A stretch of 64,000 nt of DNA from Thermodesulfobacteriota bacterium (lineage in GTDB: Bacteria; Desulfobacterota; Desulfobacteria; Desulfobacterales; C00003060): NCBI GenBank assembly GCA_034189385.1, contig JAXHVD010000013.1, positions 32,001 through 96,000 on the forward strand, in the 5' to 3' direction. The notes below the pieces were generated by a model. That model made no database searches, was not told where the DNA came from, and saw only the letters and a program-made list of their open reading frames with translations. A program made the position numbers and the translations under genes. Below, piece by piece: positions 63,030 to 64,000 of the stretch; position 1 is the first letter of the stretch; the number at the start of each line of letters is the position of its first letter.

Positions 63030-64000
63030 AAGTTTCAAGAGGATGTTAAGGATTGTGACCTATATCTCGGGTGCATTGCTGCTTGTTCTATTTATCATCT
63101 ACATGGGGGGATTATTGACTCCGGGGAAAATCGGACCGGGCAGGGTAAAAAAGATATCTTCAGAGTTCATCCCACCCGGAAAAACGGGCCGTGCTGAGAT
63201 TTCCAAGATTACAGAATTCTACGAAGCCATTGGAACGGTGCGTCCTCGGACCGAGACCAAAATCGAAGCCCAGGTAACGGGCAGGGTCATGGAGGTCCTT
63301 GTTCGACCCGGTGATGCGATCAGTAAAGGGAAGCTTCTGATCGTGCTGAATAGCGAAGAGTTTCAAGCCCGTGTGGATCAGGCCAGACAGGGCCTAGTTT
63401 CGGCAGTAGCCCGAAAAGAACAGGCCAAACAGGGCGTTTTTGCAGCCCGGGCGGCTTATGCGGAGGCGGAATCCACCTACCAAAGGGTAGAGAAGTTCTT
63501 TGCATCGGAGGCTGCTACGAAACAGGATTTGGAACAAGCCGAATCGGCCTATCTTCAGGCTAAGGCTAGGCTGAAACAGGCCGAAGATGTCTTGAAGGAA
63601 GCGGAAGCCGGGGTTAACCGCACGAGAAAAATCGTTGAAGAGAGTTCTATCACCCTTGATTATAACAAAATAAGGGCTCCGGACAATGGACAGGTGGTCG
63701 AACGTTTGGCAGAACCCGGTGACCTGGCCTGGCCCGGCAAGCCTCTGCTCGTGCTACAGACCAGGGAAGCCCTCCAACTGGAGGCCCTCGTCCGTGAAGG
63801 ACTGATTCATAAGGTAAACCCCGGCATAGCCCTTGAGGTCCACATAAACGCTCTGAACAGAACCATGGAGGGAAAAGTGGAGGAAGTGATCCCATCTGCG
63901 GATCCATCGACGCGGACATTCCTCGTCAAGGTGGGCCTTCCAACCCAGCAAGACCTTTATCCCGGTATGTTCGGACGCCTGCTTGTCCCTATCAAAGAGA
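63013..64000 (+). CDS. RND efflux periplasmic adaptor (MFP); partial, runs off right edge (absent from ORF track)
   Basis: GAAGGAG RBS; TM anchor; EAIGTV...IEAQVTGRV..V.V.PGD.I.KG; IRAP..G.V; IPSADP.TRTF.V. Confidence 0.9.
   Translation, partial: MTSMNKSFKRMLRIVTYISGALLLVLFIIYMGGLLTPGKIGPGRVKKISSEFIPPGKTGRAEISKITEFYEAIGTVRPRTETKIEAQVTGRVMEVLVRPGDAISKGKLLIVLNSEEFQARVDQARQGLVSAVARKEQAKQGVFAARAAYAEAESTYQRVEKFFASEAATKQDLEQAESAYLQAKARLKQAEDVLKEAEAGVNRTRKIVEESSITLDYNKIRAPDNGQVVERLAEPGDLAWPGKPLLVLQTREALQLEALVREGLIHKVNPGIALEVHINALNRTMEGKVEEVIPSADPSTRTFLVKVGLPTQQDLYPGMFGRLLVPIKE

Overview
A 64-kb window from a bacterium that looks like a Desulfobacterota (deltaproteobacterial) genome; this is inferred from gene content and repeat families. 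It contains no rRNA, tRNA, CRISPR array, integrase or transposase. It is dominated by stress-adaptation functions. Left to right: (i) a minus-strand run of hsp20-groES-groEL-FmdB-mgsA-hypothetical-PAS protein-nagB-PIG-L deacetylase-GT4-GH100-like hydrolase-GT4; (ii) a four-gene amino-acid pathway (PLP enzyme, DUF1611/DgcN-like protein, PP-loop ATPase fused to a creatininase domain, DgcA/AE-epimerase-like enzyme); (iii) an orphan sigma-54 enhancer-binding protein with a degenerate receiver domain; (iv) HU, an alpha/beta hydrolase with a second DUF1611-like NTPase, YitT, a glucosylglycerate-synthase-like GT and a CNNM/CBS protein; (v) a complete N-type F-ATPase operon (atpDCQRBEFAG) with a MITE-like insert; (vi) a doubly frameshifted USP, a Ca/Na antiporter, tamAB, corA, a GluR0-like K+ channel and zntB; (vii) hsp20-desulforedoxin-Grx/TrxR-ftsH, cytochrome c, yccA, pyk, glgP and the start of an RND efflux operon. 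Three signals stand out. First, three sigma-54 promoters share an almost base-identical architecture: three GGAAC-N5-GTTCC-like palindromes, an IHF-like site and a -24/-12 box. This defines a candidate regulon around the local enhancer-binding protein. Second, an unannotated 56-codon membrane ORF carries C-x4-UGA followed by a SECIS-like hairpin, making it a candidate selenoprotein. Third, the PLP/DUF1611/PP-loop-creatininase/epimerase operon has no pathway I can assign. All functional calls come from motif recognition without database searches.
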